A DNA stretch of 63,999 nucleotides, the filler included, from Barthelona sp. PAP020 (taxonomy: Eukaryota): the NCBI GenBank assembly GCA_040182905.1. It is 23 parts of 23 records of this genome, joined end to end, with 100 filler letters (N's around TTAATTAATTAA, not from the genome) between each part and the next. Parts side by side here need not be neighbours in the genome. Positions count along the whole stretch, not along the records: positions 42,721 to 45,356 come from JARQWU010000806.1; positions 45,457 to 48,076 come from JARQWU010000807.1; positions 48,177 to 50,794 come from JARQWU010000808.1; positions 50,895 to 53,494 come from JARQWU010000809.1; positions 53,595 to 56,187 come from JARQWU010000810.1; 18 more parts are not named here. One strand, written 5' to 3'. Below the pieces are notes generated by a model. That model was not told the DNA's origin, did no database searches, and saw only the letters and a program-made list of their open reading frames with translations. The position numbers were made by a program, and so were the translations under genes. Below are positions 43,704 to 54,216 of the stretch, piece after piece. Position 1 is the stretch's first letter. Every line of letters starts with the position of its first letter.

Positions 43704-45002
43704 CTAATTCAACGCATTCTGAATGTTTTCTTGCAAGATATTGTTTTCATGAAGAGAATAAGCCGTTTGAATCATTGTTAACCTCTCTTCATCTGACAAA
43801 ATACAAGTCAACTTCAAATAATTATATACAGTGAAATGATTTTCAGCGCCTAAACTTTCTAATTTTTCTTTCTTTCTTTTTTCAAAACTTGCAAGCCAAT
43901 TTTTTCTCTTTTCATCAAAAATATTCTTGCAAACAACAATTTTGATATCTTCTGAAATCTCAATAGGGGATTGCTCTAAAGTTTCCGCATACCTTTGATA
44001 AACAGAAACTATTTCATCATGATTTTGTCGCATCTTTCTTCTTCTTCTTCTATTTTTCTTTTGACCTTGTATCTTATTATAAGCATCTTTGATCATTGTA
44101 TCTGCGATTTCAAATTGTCTTTGAATTAAAATGAATCGAGCTACATTTCTTGCCATCACCTTTTTAGCATGTTGTTGAATAGTGATAATATACGATCTGT
44201 ATGTACGAATACAACCAGCTATGTAACCAGAACGATGAATATCCTGTAAAAATAGTCCAACAATAGGAGAATATTTTCGTCTTCGTTTCTCCAACGCAGA
44301 TATTCGAGCAGCAAATAATGATTTGCGTATAACTTCTGATGCCCATCTTTGTCTGGCCATTTCCAATCTTGAAACATAAGCGTTCCAATTCCTTTGAATT
44401 ATCAAAGCTTGTTCTGACCTGCTCTTCTTTAAACAACGTAAAAATCGACGCATTCTAATCATTTGTTTCAAAGCATCTAATCTTGATTCCAAATTAACAA
44501 TTACCAACCACATCATCTGAACTTCTTGATAGTTTTCATCATGAATCATCACAGCTAATTTTTGTCGCTTATTCAGTCTTAAATGCTTTTCTTCACGCTT
44601 ATGAACCCTTTCAACAAGCATTTTGTTACGAAAATCATCTTGTTCCATCTTTCTAAATCGAGCTTGAACCAACGTATTTTCCAATTTTTTTGATTTTTCC
44701 ATCATTAGCTTTTTTTGTACATTGGGTAAAGATTGATTCAAATTTGCCACATTCTGTTGGATAAAATCATTATCATTATTGGTTAACAATTTTTCTCTTC
44801 TTCTTTTATGAATATCTTTGGATAAATTCAAAAATTTATCTCTAGATGCAAAGTCTGTTGATAGTTTCTCGATCTTTTCATCAACGGCACTAGCTAAATT
44901 TTTTCGAAAATTCTTGTTTCTTTTGCCTTGTGGTATATGTTCGGTTAATATATCGTCTAACCATTCAACACCAGAAATTTTTGGGATTTGTTGATGTGAC
45001 AT
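43704..45002 (-). CDS. Basic coiled-coil protein with IQ-like motifs
   Basis: ALIIQRNWNAY and IITIQQHAKKVMAR; 432-aa ORF. Confidence 0.7.
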   Translation of the reverse strand: MSHQQIPKISGVEWLDDILTEHIPQGKRNKNFRKNLASAVDEKIEKLSTDFASRDKFLNLSKDIHKRRREKLLTNNDNDFIQQNVANLNQSLPNVQKKLMMEKSKKLENTLVQARFRKMEQDDFRNKMLVERVHKREEKHLRLNKRQKLAVMIHDENYQEVQMMWLVIVNLESRLDALKQMIRMRRFLRCLKKSRSEQALIIQRNWNAYVSRLEMARQRWASEVIRKSLFAARISALEKRRRKYSPIVGLFLQDIHRSGYIAGCIRTYRSYIITIQQHAKKVMARNVARFILIQRQFEIADTMIKDAYNKIQGQKKNRRRRRKMRQNHDEIVSVYQRYAETLEQSPIEISEDIKIVVCKNIFDEKRKNWLASFEKRKKEKLESLGAENHFTVYNYLKLTCILSDEERLTMIQTAYSLHENNILQENIQNALN

Positions 45003-45263
45003 ATGATTAAACTTTAAAAAATAATTCTTGTCATTTTACCAAAAAAAACATATTCACTTATTTTTAACCTTCAAGTTATCAAAAGATTAGAATAAAAACA
45101 AAAAGGTCAAAATTTTATTTGGAAAATGAATTTGAAATTTCTAAAAACATCAAGAAACTCCACTGATGTAAAAATTCCACATTTAATTTTGAATTTTGAA
45201 CGTAATTAATCCAATAAACTGTTTGAAACTGATAAAATTGACAATAAATAATAAAAATAAAGT

Positions 45264-45356
45264 GTAAAGATTTTACAAACATTTTCATAAAGAAGACATG
45301 TATAACCCACATATAGGACAGTAGTCAAGATACAAGCATTACTCGGAGAGTTCAAC
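45264..45356. repeat. Repeat family C left end (runs off contig)
   Basis: GTAAAGATTTTACAAACATTTTCATAAA.AAGACATGTATAACCCACATATAGGACAGTAG, as at 9138 and 21241. Confidence 0.9.
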
Positions 45357-45456
45357 NNNNNNNNNNNNNNNNNNNNNNNNNNNNNNNNNNNNNNNNNNNN
45401 TTAATTAATTAANNNNNNNNNNNNNNNNNNNNNNNNNNNNNNNNNNNNNNNNNNNN

Positions 45457-45777
45457 CAAACTCACAGGTGTATCATTAACAAAACCAGTTTTATAAATAT
45501 TAATCAACAATTCAATCATTTCTTCCTGCTTACTTTCTTCCATATTGGTAAAAGGAAAGGGATCCAACAAAAAACATTCCAAATCAGATAAAATGAATAA
45601 TCTGAAATAGAAATGTTCTTTTTCCAAATAATATGGCAATATTTTTTGCCATAAAAGAGTATCTTCTTTCAACTCACGCAATAATTCATTTGCTCTTTGA
45701 CGCTCATCATCAACAGGACTGGGGGAATAACAAACATCTAAAATTTCTATTAAATACTCAATATCATCGTCTTCCAT
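45457..45777 (-). CDS. Karyopherin-beta family (exportin-like) N-terminus (partial)
   Basis: L..CYSP....ERQRANELL.EL......WQ.....L.......RLF.L..LE fits an IBN_N pattern. Confidence 0.7.
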
Positions 45778-45960
45778 CTGTGTAAGTTATAATATTGACG
45801 TAAATATTTAAAAAACCGATTGAAAATTGAAAAAAAAAAAATTGTAAACAAAGCTTTTCCTAAATAAATTCCACAAATTGACCAGTAAAAATAATCAGAA
45901 ACATTTTTTCAATAGTTGAGAAATATGCAAAGAAATTAAGGGTTTTTTTTGTGTTGAAAA

Positions 45961-46698
45961 ATGAATAGATTTATTAACAAAACTTTACTACCGAATAATA
46001 TTAAAAGACTTAAGTGTTTATGGGAAAAATCTCCAATTAATCATAGTCTTAACGAATTTTCCACAAACTTTGTTTCTTCCTTGTTTGAAAAAGGTTCTGA
46101 TTCAATAGGTGTTCAATTTTACAGATTATTTGAGCCTAGAATGAATCATATAGACTTTAACAGTTTTTACTCTTTAAAAAATAAAACAGAAATGATCGAA
46201 ACAAGCGATGTTTTGGCAAAAACATCCAGAATTCCCAATTTATTTGATAATATTCCGTTTTTACGACTTTTTAAGAAAAATTTTGATTTAAAATCTTTAA
46301 ATGTAAATGCAATTGATCATTTATTTGTACCATCGTGTGGTTCAGGTGCATTTGGTTTGCTCTATCATAACCATATCCAAGATTTTCTGGAATTTTTGGA
46401 ATATCACAAATTTACGATTGGAAATATCATTCATGCAATACAATCAAACGATAAAAAAGAACTCAACAAATATTGTACAGATTCTGTTGTTGAAAAAATG
46501 ATGGCAGAAAAGTCTACTTTTGGAAACAAGCATATTGTAGTTACTACAACCAAATTTTCTAACTTTTCAGGCACTTATTTAAATCCTTTGATTGAATTTA
46601 GTTCTTTAGGAACCATAAATGGTAAACCTTTTGAATTAATTAGTCAGTTGAATAAAAATTTAAAATTTACTAAATTTTGTATTACAATAGAAGAATAG
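45961..46698 (+). CDS. Hypothetical protein with possible Tim44-like C-terminal segment
   Basis: 245-aa ORF; basic, acid-free first 21 aa; FLEF......NIIHAIQSNDKKELNKYCTDSV. Confidence 0.5.
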   Translation: MNRFINKTLLPNNIKRLKCLWEKSPINHSLNEFSTNFVSSLFEKGSDSIGVQFYRLFEPRMNHIDFNSFYSLKNKTEMIETSDVLAKTSRIPNLFDNIPFLRLFKKNFDLKSLNVNAIDHLFVPSCGSGAFGLLYHNHIQDFLEFLEYHKFTIGNIIHAIQSNDKKELNKYCTDSVVEKMMAEKSTFGNKHIVVTTTKFSNFSGTYLNPLIEFSSLGTINGKPFELISQLNKNLKFTKFCITIEE

Positions 46699-46970
46699 TC
46701 AAAATAAAACATATTTCAACCTTTTTTTTTTAAAGATTTCTTCCTTTTTTTTTTGTGTGTTTTTGGGCTTATTTTTTTTCCCCATTTTTGTAATTTTTTT
46801 ACATTTGAGAATATAAAAATGAATGATTAACTGAAAAACAAGAAAGGGAGCTTTGAAAACAGGGGGTTTTTTCTTAACATAAATTGGAATAATTCTGTTG
46901 GTTTTTTGAAATGCTCATTTATATTTTTAACTCGTTTTCGACTTGTTTTTGAGTTTAATTGATAATTTGA

Positions 46971-48005
46971 ATGAAAACAAGGACATACTTTTATATTTTT
47001 CTTTTCGTGCTGTCAAATTGTGCTCAACCACTAACTCTTCAATTGATAAGGTACACAGGTGCAGGTAATGCTGAGACACTATTTCCTCCTTTTATTAGAT
47101 TTTTTGCTCATTATATGTTATTGATTCCATATTCAATTGGAGAAAAACTTAAAAAAAAGAAGAAAAGGGAGGAAGAACTCCCTATTTTAAATGTAAATGT
47201 AATAAATGAAGAAAAAGAAAGTAAAACAAAATTTCCATTTCGTTTGTGGGTGCAAATATCAGCAACTGCTATTGTTGATGCAGCATCACAGGCGTTATGT
47301 ACTTCAGGACAAATGTATGCGGGGAGTGGAATTTTTTCGACCATATATGGATCCGGAACTGCTTTTGTTGCCATTTTAGCATTTGTTTTAATAGGAAGGA
47401 AAATTTCTTTAATGCAATGGTTTGGTGTATTCATCATTGTTTTTGGTCTCGGAATAGAAGGATTTTATACGGATTCGAATAGTGTTAATGTTATATTTGG
47501 TTCGATTTTGATTTTTAGTGGTGTTGTCATGCGTAGTTTAGCCATTGTGTTGTATGATTATTTTCAAAAATATGAAAAACCTCCACCCCTCAAGGTTGCT
47601 GGAATCGTTGGTCAATCTGGAACAATAAGTCTTTTATTTATTATTATTTTTAGGACATTGCCTCGAATTGATGAACTTTTCTTTGATCCTATCAAAGAAA
47701 ATGGTGCTAACCCATCATATGTCATTGTTTTGTTTGTTGTTTTGTTTTTTTGGTGTTGTATTCATGCAGCATCGTTCTTTTTGTTAATAAATGATGTTGG
47801 ATCCACCACCACAGGTGTATTAAGGGCTGCTATTGCTGTAATTATTTTTGGTGTTTCGGGAATATCTTTTTGTGAGCAGGATTCTAATCAATGTTTCACC
47901 TACCCTAAAATGGCGGCTTCAATATTTGTTTTTTTTGGTCTGATATTTTATTCTACTGGTAAACCGAAAAAGAAAACAAATAATGTGGAAGTTCATGCTC
48001 AATGA
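46971..48005 (+). CDS. DMT-superfamily (SLC35F/CRT-like) transporter
   Basis: About ten TMs; D..SQ.L...G..Y.GSGIF..IY.S.TAFVAILAFVLIGRKIS..QW.G. Confidence 0.85.
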   Translation: MKTRTYFYIFLFVLSNCAQPLTLQLIRYTGAGNAETLFPPFIRFFAHYMLLIPYSIGEKLKKKKKREEELPILNVNVINEEKESKTKFPFRLWVQISATAIVDAASQALCTSGQMYAGSGIFSTIYGSGTAFVAILAFVLIGRKISLMQWFGVFIIVFGLGIEGFYTDSNSVNVIFGSILIFSGVVMRSLAIVLYDYFQKYEKPPPLKVAGIVGQSGTISLLFIIIFRTLPRIDELFFDPIKENGANPSYVIVLFVVLFFWCCIHAASFFLLINDVGSTTTGVLRAAIAVIIFGVSGISFCEQDSNQCFTYPKMAASIFVFFGLIFYSTGKPKKKTNNVEVHAQ

Positions 48006-48076
48006 ACGGAATTTATTGGAGATATAAAGAGGTCATCAAATATCACTTCCTTAATTTGTTGTTTCTTGACCACCTT
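47979..48076 (+). repeat. Repeat segment overlapping the transporter stop codon
   Basis: 98 nt with one difference from 17109-17206; upstream flanks are unrelated. Confidence 0.9.
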
Positions 48077-48176
48077 NNNNNNNNNNNNNNNNNNNNNNNN
48101 NNNNNNNNNNNNNNNNNNNNTTAATTAATTAANNNNNNNNNNNNNNNNNNNNNNNNNNNNNNNNNNNNNNNNNNNN

Positions 48177-50771
48177 GAGTTTATTCAAACATTAGAGAAT
48201 GACAAAACTCATGAACATATTAGAAAGGAGTACAATAATTTATACAATGTATTGATGCGTAGTCGTGCAAATGAAAGGAAATTTGCAGCTCAAATCAAAG
48301 AGTTAAACAACCACATTATTGAAAAAACTGCTGACATCGAAAAATTAAGTCAGAACTTCACAGATGAACAACAATTTGTTACTTCCTTAAACAAACAAAT
48401 TGAACGTGCCCATAAATCAATCCAACAATATGAAATGAAGGAAGCAATGGCCAATGAGACTATTTTATTGTTGAAAAAGGAAATTTCAAACCTTTCGTCA
48501 TTAGTTCAACAAGATTCTGGAGTTTCTTTAGGACAGGAGAATACTGTGAAAGATCTTTTGAAAGAGAAAGAAGAATTGGTTTTGGAAAGAGATAATCAAG
48601 TGCAAGAAATGATTGAACTTCGTAACATGCTACAAGAAAAAACTGAAAAAATTCGTGTTTTACAACAAGAAAAGTTGCAAAAGGAACATGAGATTCATCA
48701 GTTAGAATCTGAAGTCGCTGCTAGAAAAGCTGAAAATGATCGTCAGATACGTCGTAAAGAGAAATTGGATATGGATCTGAAAAGACTGCATGAAGAACTT
48801 GAATTAGCAAATAATGTTATTTCTGAACGTCAACAGACAATTTCCGACGAACAAAGTCGTATCAATTCGTTGGAAGGAGATATTAAACGTGAACAAACAG
48901 AAATGGAACATCGTGTGAAAGAACTCGACTTATTGAATCAAAGAACACGTAACTTACAAAAAGAACTTGAACAACAAGAAGAACAAAATCGTTTAATAAC
49001 TGAAGAGAACCAAAAATTATCTGACCAATTAAATTCAAAACAAAGGGAAAACAGAAAGCTAGAAAGTGAAAAGAACAAACTTGAAAGACAAAAAATGCAG
49101 TTGGAAAACAAAATATTGGACGTTCAAAACAAAAAACGTGAGGCTGAAGGAAAACAAATTGAACTAAACAACCAAATCACTTCAGTTAAACGTGAAAAAA
49201 CAGTATTGGAACAACATCTTCACAAAAATAGTGATAATATCAAGACATTAAACAGTACTATAAACCAGTTAAACGATAAGTCTCGCCATCAAGATGAAAT
49301 CGTTCATGATACCAAAGAAAGTGTATTAAAGCTTGAAAACACTCTCAAACAACGTAAACATGAAATAGCCACTCAAAAAAAGATTATTGAAAAGCAACAA
49401 ACTGAAATGTCTCAATTGGAACAAGCCAGAAATAAACTTAACCAACAAGCTTCAGATGCTAAGGCTAAACAGTTGCAAGGTGAGGAGAACTTAAGAATTG
49501 GTGAGGCTAATTCAATTGAACTCAAAAAACAAATTGAAGCACTCAAACAAAAGACTAAAACACAAGCTAATTTATATGAATCTGTTCGTTCAGAACGAAA
49601 CTTGTATTCAAAACAATTGGTTGAATCAAGAGATCAAATAATGGAGATGCGAAGAAAATTCAACATTCTTAATCATCAAATCAAACAATTAAAGGAAGAA
49701 AACCAATCAAAGGACAATGCACTCAGCTCTGTTCAAACTCATCAACTGAAAATTGAAAAAGAACGTGATACTCACAAGAATGAGCTTCAAAAAATCAAAG
49801 AACAATGTGCCAGAGCCGATGCTCTTGTTCATGCTCAAGATGCAGAAATTACAAAACTGCTTAAAATAATAAATGAAGCAGATTCTGACAGATTAAAACA
49901 AAAGAAACTTTTTGAAGAAATAATGAATGAAAGAGATATACTTGGCACTCAATTAATTCGTAGAAACGATGAATTGGCGTTGTTGTATGAAAAAATTAAG
50001 ATTCAACAGTCTATTCTTGCTAAAGGTGAAGTTCAATATCAACAAAGAGTCAAAGATATTGTATCTTTGCGTAAGTATGTTGTAGAGTTACGCAGACAAA
50101 TAGACGTTTTGAAGAAATCTAATGATAATGCTAAAACCTTAAGAAACCAAGTGTTTAGACTTCAAAAGGAATTATTAAATGAAAGAAATCGTTGCCGTGC
50201 TCTAGCAGAAGAATTATCTAACCCTGTTAACATCCATCGTTGGAGACAGCTGGAGGGATCTGATCCTGACATGTTTGCATTAATTCAGAAGGTTCATCAA
50301 CTTCAAAAACGTTTGATTTCCAAGTCTCAAGAAGTTATCACCAAGGATCTGATGATTGAAGAGAAAGAAAAGCTCTTTGCCAAATTGAAACAAATATTAT
50401 CCAAACTACCTGGGCCTGAAGTGTCTGATCAATTGAATGCTTATCAAAAAGAGATAGAAACAAAGAAAGACCAAATGAAAGCTATGTCTAGTGAATTACG
50501 TCAGTATCGAACATCTATTGAACAGCATAGAAATGAAATTGAAAATCTATCCAAAGAAATGAACGAGATTAAATCTAAATACTATAAATTAAAGAAAAAA
50601 GAGGATTTAAAAGGTCAACAAAGGCATGAAAGAGTAATGACAGAACAATTAAATGCCTCAGGTATGGTGGGCACTATGAGTAGCATGATGACAAATACGA
50701 TGAATGTTGATCAAATGAGGGGAAAACCTCTAATGAACACGGAATCATTCATCAATACAGAATCGTTGTAA
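48177..50771 (+). CDS. CFAP58: Cilia- and flagella-associated protein 58 (5' end lies on the last contig)
   Basis: ERNLYSKQL, ERDILGTQLIRRNDELALLYEKIKIQQS.L.KGE.QY, NP.NIHRWR.LEGSDP. Confidence 0.95.
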   Translation, partial: EFIQTLENDKTHEHIRKEYNNLYNVLMRSRANERKFAAQIKELNNHIIEKTADIEKLSQNFTDEQQFVTSLNKQIERAHKSIQQYEMKEAMANETILLLKKEISNLSSLVQQDSGVSLGQENTVKDLLKEKEELVLERDNQVQEMIELRNMLQEKTEKIRVLQQEKLQKEHEIHQLESEVAARKAENDRQIRRKEKLDMDLKRLHEELELANNVISERQQTISDEQSRINSLEGDIKREQTEMEHRVKELDLLNQRTRNLQKELEQQEEQNRLITEENQKLSDQLNSKQRENRKLESEKNKLERQKMQLENKILDVQNKKREAEGKQIELNNQITSVKREKTVLEQHLHKNSDNIKTLNSTINQLNDKSRHQDEIVHDTKESVLKLENTLKQRKHEIATQKKIIEKQQTEMSQLEQARNKLNQQASDAKAKQLQGEENLRIGEANSIELKKQIEALKQKTKTQANLYESVRSERNLYSKQLVESRDQIMEMRRKFNILNHQIKQLKEENQSKDNALSSVQTHQLKIEKERDTHKNELQKIKEQCARADALVHAQDAEITKLLKIINEADSDRLKQKKLFEEIMNERDILGTQLIRRNDELALLYEKIKIQQSILAKGEVQYQQRVKDIVSLRKYVVELRRQIDVLKKSNDNAKTLRNQVFRLQKELLNERNRCRALAEELSNPVNIHRWRQLEGSDPDMFALIQKVHQLQKRLISKSQEVITKDLMIEEKEKLFAKLKQILSKLPGPEVSDQLNAYQKEIETKKDQMKAMSSELRQYRTSIEQHRNEIENLSKEMNEIKSKYYKLKKKEDLKGQQRHERVMTEQLNASGMVGTMSSMMTNTMNVDQMRGKPLMNTESFINTESL

Positions 50772-50894
50772 AGAATTAACAGATATTTTATTTTNNNNNN
50801 NNNNNNNNNNNNNNNNNNNNNNNNNNNNNNNNNNNNNNTTAATTAATTAANNNNNNNNNNNNNNNNNNNNNNNNNNNNNNNNNNNNNNNNNNNN

Positions 50895-51595
50895 TCTTGT
50901 TCACGTTCATAAATTGAAGTTGACAGTGCTTCCAAAGCAGAAGTCAAATCTTGCTTTATGTCAGAAATACCTTCATTGCGAATCTGTGCTGCGGTATCAT
51001 CTGTTTCTGCAGTCATCCAAGCAAGATATGTTTTTGAACAATGATCATAAAATGTCGAATCAAATGAATCCATTGCTTGAACTACAGTTAAATCATCTGT
51101 CTTCTCCAATAATTCCCTCAGCCAATTAAAGACGTTCAATAACTTAGATGCTGTTCCAGGAGCTGCAGGTGATGCCAATTCAGTAGCAGTAGGTATTCTA
51201 GATGGATAATTTAAGCCTTTTAAAATGAACTCAATACTTTTATTGTACCTCATATTTTTATCACTTACATATGACTTTAGAGAAGGTATCGAAAATATTT
51301 TTGAAGGAAAACGTATCCCTAATTCATTGAAAAACAAAGTAAATATGTCATACATCTGATTTAATGAGGGTCGCTTTAAAGATTCTTGAGAAAATCCACT
51401 TAATTCATGTTCTATCAAATAGTTTTGTAAACATGTCAAAGTGTTGTTCGAATCATTGTTCTGTTGGGTATTCATTTGAAGTTTTTGTGGTGGTAGGGTA
51501 TAAGATCTTCCATTCGAATCATAACTTATTGTGTGTCTTCTTGGACGATCAGATTCGGTTGTGCTTGGTAACAAAGTGGTTCTTCGCCCAAACAT
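50895..51595 (-). CDS. NDC80: Kinetochore protein Ndc80/HEC1 (3' partial)
   Basis: Basic disordered tail, then CH domain LQNYL.E...SLKRPS....DIF..F, ILK.LNYP....EL.SPAAP....LL.VF.WL.EL. Confidence 0.8.
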
Positions 51596-51654
51596 TTCCA
51601 ATAAAATAAAAAAAAAAGCAGCTTTTTATTTATTCAGAATATCTATTTAATCAA

Positions 51655-52455
51655 TTATGCAATTAAAGAATATTTTTCTTGTTCTTTTTGTTCCTTTAAA
51701 TAATATCCATATTTGACCAAAACAATAATCAAAATTATTCCCATAATTGGAATTAAGAAAAACCAATAAGAGTGTTCTGGTTCAATATAAGGATTAACTT
51801 GGAATGTTACCGTTCTAAACAAGATATTTTTCTTATTATCATCTTTGCCATCAAAAAAAGCAAAGTGATGGGTTCCAGTCTTGTGAACTTCAACTCCTGT
51901 GGTAATCATTTTGTTATCATTGCTATTTTTGAAACAATGTATCATTTCAAAATTATCTTTAAGGTCTAAAGGATCATGTCCCAAATAAAGACATACAGAG
52001 TCTATCTTGGGGTCGACAAAATTAAAACTGATTGTTGCTTTTTGATATTGAATTATATGAATTGAATCGTCTTCATCCAAATTATTGATTGAATATTGAA
52101 TAGGTTCAACAAGATCAACAGGGGCCGAATTTGATTTGAAATTACCATTTGAATAACAACTAACAGAATAAGAACCAATGGGATAATCACTAATTGAAAA
52201 ATCAATCTTGTTATCAGACAATAAATATCTTCCCAATATATGTTGTTCAGAATTACCATAAGCAGAACAAGATATATTTAAATCAGGACATGATTGATTA
52301 TATTTCCATTCAATTGAAACGCTATTTTTTGAATCAGCATAAGCAAAAAATTTTTGAGGTTTGTTTGGGCTTACAATTTCAAAATTGTAATCACAAATGG
52401 CTTGAACATGCAATATGAGCAAAAAAGCTACAACAATGTAACGATATAAACACAT
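51655..52455 (-). CDS. Type I membrane protein
   Basis: Signal peptide, beta-rich ectodomain, single C-terminal TM, tail ending YSLIA (YxxPhi-like). Confidence 0.75.
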   Translation of the reverse strand: MCLYRYIVVAFLLILHVQAICDYNFEIVSPNKPQKFFAYADSKNSVSIEWKYNQSCPDLNISCSAYGNSEQHILGRYLLSDNKIDFSISDYPIGSYSVSCYSNGNFKSNSAPVDLVEPIQYSINNLDEDDSIHIIQYQKATISFNFVDPKIDSVCLYLGHDPLDLKDNFEMIHCFKNSNDNKMITTGVEVHKTGTHHFAFFDGKDDNKKNILFRTVTFQVNPYIEPEHSYWFFLIPIMGIILIIVLVKYGYYLKEQKEQEKYSLIA

Positions 52456-53390
52456 AATATGTTAAAAAGAAAACCCAAAATGATTTATATTTTTTAAATC
52501 TTTTTAATCTCCTTTCAAATAAATATTAAAAATTTGTTCTTTCTGTCAGCTTTGATTCTTATTTATTTTTATAATAAAATGGTTCTTTGAAAATTTGGAA
52601 TGACAAAACTGATGTCGAACAGTTTTTGATTTTAACATTTTTTTTTTTTGGTCTTTTTATAAAATTTGACATGTAAATAGAATTTAAAGAATTGGAATTT
52701 GCATTTATCAACTATTTATTAAAATTGAAAGAAATCTTTGCGGCAAAAATTTTTGAAGCAGCAAGCAGATGAAACCAAAAGAAACAAACAAATAATCCTC
52801 AAATTCTGCAGAAAATGAACCAATAATTCTTTTAGAAAACTTTCATAAGTGTGGGAAGGAAAAAGAAAACGAATTAAAAAAATTGAATAAATAGGGAAAG
52901 ATATGTGGTTATTCCTTTTCTCTGCTCATTTTGAGTGGTTTTTAGTTTAATAAAGATCGAATTAATGCAGGTTAAATCGAATATTTGCTTATGTCAAGCT
53001 AAAATGGGAATAGAGTGACGAATGTCTGAATTGTTGTTGTGAAAACACTATTTTTGGCTTTTTTTCTATTTGTTTGAGAATTCGAATGATTGATTGAACT
53101 TTCTGTTTTTGGAAGGCTTTTTGATGGATGCTGGAAACTTTTTTTGCTCCAAAACTTTTTTTGCTGAAAATTTCTACTATTTGATCAATAATAATAATTA
53201 TTTAGCAAAATTGTGCCTACCCAAATGGAACATTTTCAAATGCCGTTATTATGGTTTTTTTTTTCACTTTAAAAACAATATAAATGATTTGTTATCAATT
53301 GCAATTTGAAAAACAAATGAAAACCCAAAACACAAAGACAATTTTTTTGTTTTTGCAAAAAATTTTCAATCGGTTATAATCGATTATATA

Positions 53391-53494
53391 ATGGTGTTTA
53401 ATTTCAACATTGGGATTTTTGGGCATGTTGATCATGGGAAAAGTTGTCTTGCGAAATTGATATCGACAACAGCTTCAACTGCTGCCTTTGATAA
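53391..53494 (+). CDS. EEFSEC: Selenocysteine-specific elongation factor eEFSec, N-terminal fragment
   Basis: MVFNFNIGIFGHVDHGKSCLAKLISTTASTAAFD; STTASTAAFDK after the G1 box is the eEFSec signature. Absent from the ORF track. Confidence 0.9.
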
Positions 53495-53622
53495 NNNNNN
53501 NNNNNNNNNNNNNNNNNNNNNNNNNNNNNNNNNNNNNNTTAATTAATTAANNNNNNNNNNNNNNNNNNNNNNNNNNNNNNNNNNNNNNNNNNNNTTTTAT
53601 TGAATATAACTAACTTATGTAG

Positions 53623-54120
53623 TCATTTGTTCTTCCTGAAAACTTCAAACACGTCCAACGTATTTGTGGTACCTCTCTCGATGGTAAGACCAATACTTTA
53701 TATGCTCTTACTTCTATTAAGGGTATTGGTCGTCGTTTCTCTAATGTAGTTTGCAAAGCTGCCGAAATTGATTCTAATAAGCGTGCCGGTCTTCTTACTG
53801 AAGAAGAAATTGAACGTCTTTTGGAAGTTCTTGAAAACCCTCTTAAATACAATATCCCTGAATGGTTTTTGAACCGTAATCGTGACCGTGTTACTGGTGA
53901 AACTTCTCATACTTATGCTCAAACTGTTGCCATTAAGATTCGTGAAGATCTTCAATATCTTACCAAGGCTCGTGCTCATCGTGGTCTCCGTCATTACTGG
54001 GGTCTTCGTGTTCGTGGTCAACATACTTCTACCACTGGTCGTGGTGTTAAATCTGTTGGTCTTGCCGCTAGACTTGCTGCTCTCAAGATGAAGGGTAAGA
54101 AAGGAAAGGGTAAGAAATAG
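53623..54120 (+). CDS. RPS18: 40S ribosomal protein S18 (uS13), exon 2
   Basis: After acceptor ACTAAC-TTATG-TAG (ends 53622): SFVLPENFKHVQRI..T.LDGK...YALTSIKGIGRRFS...IPEWFLNR...HRGLRHYWGLRVRGQHT.TTGR. Confidence 0.97.
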   Translation, partial: SFVLPENFKHVQRICGTSLDGKTNTLYALTSIKGIGRRFSNVVCKAAEIDSNKRAGLLTEEEIERLLEVLENPLKYNIPEWFLNRNRDRVTGETSHTYAQTVAIKIREDLQYLTKARAHRGLRHYWGLRVRGQHTSTTGRGVKSVGLAARLAALKMKGKKGKGKK

Positions 54121-54216
54121 AAACTACACATAACCTTTTGACGACAATCCGTAAACGCTTGAACGATTTCTTTTATTTTTTTGTTTTTTTAAACAATAAA
54201 CACATACATTTATATA

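Noticed and set aside
52730..53200. Long intergenic region upstream of eEFSec as a possible ncRNA or SECIS
   Set aside because: No convincing helix, snRNA motif or conserved ORF found by eye.
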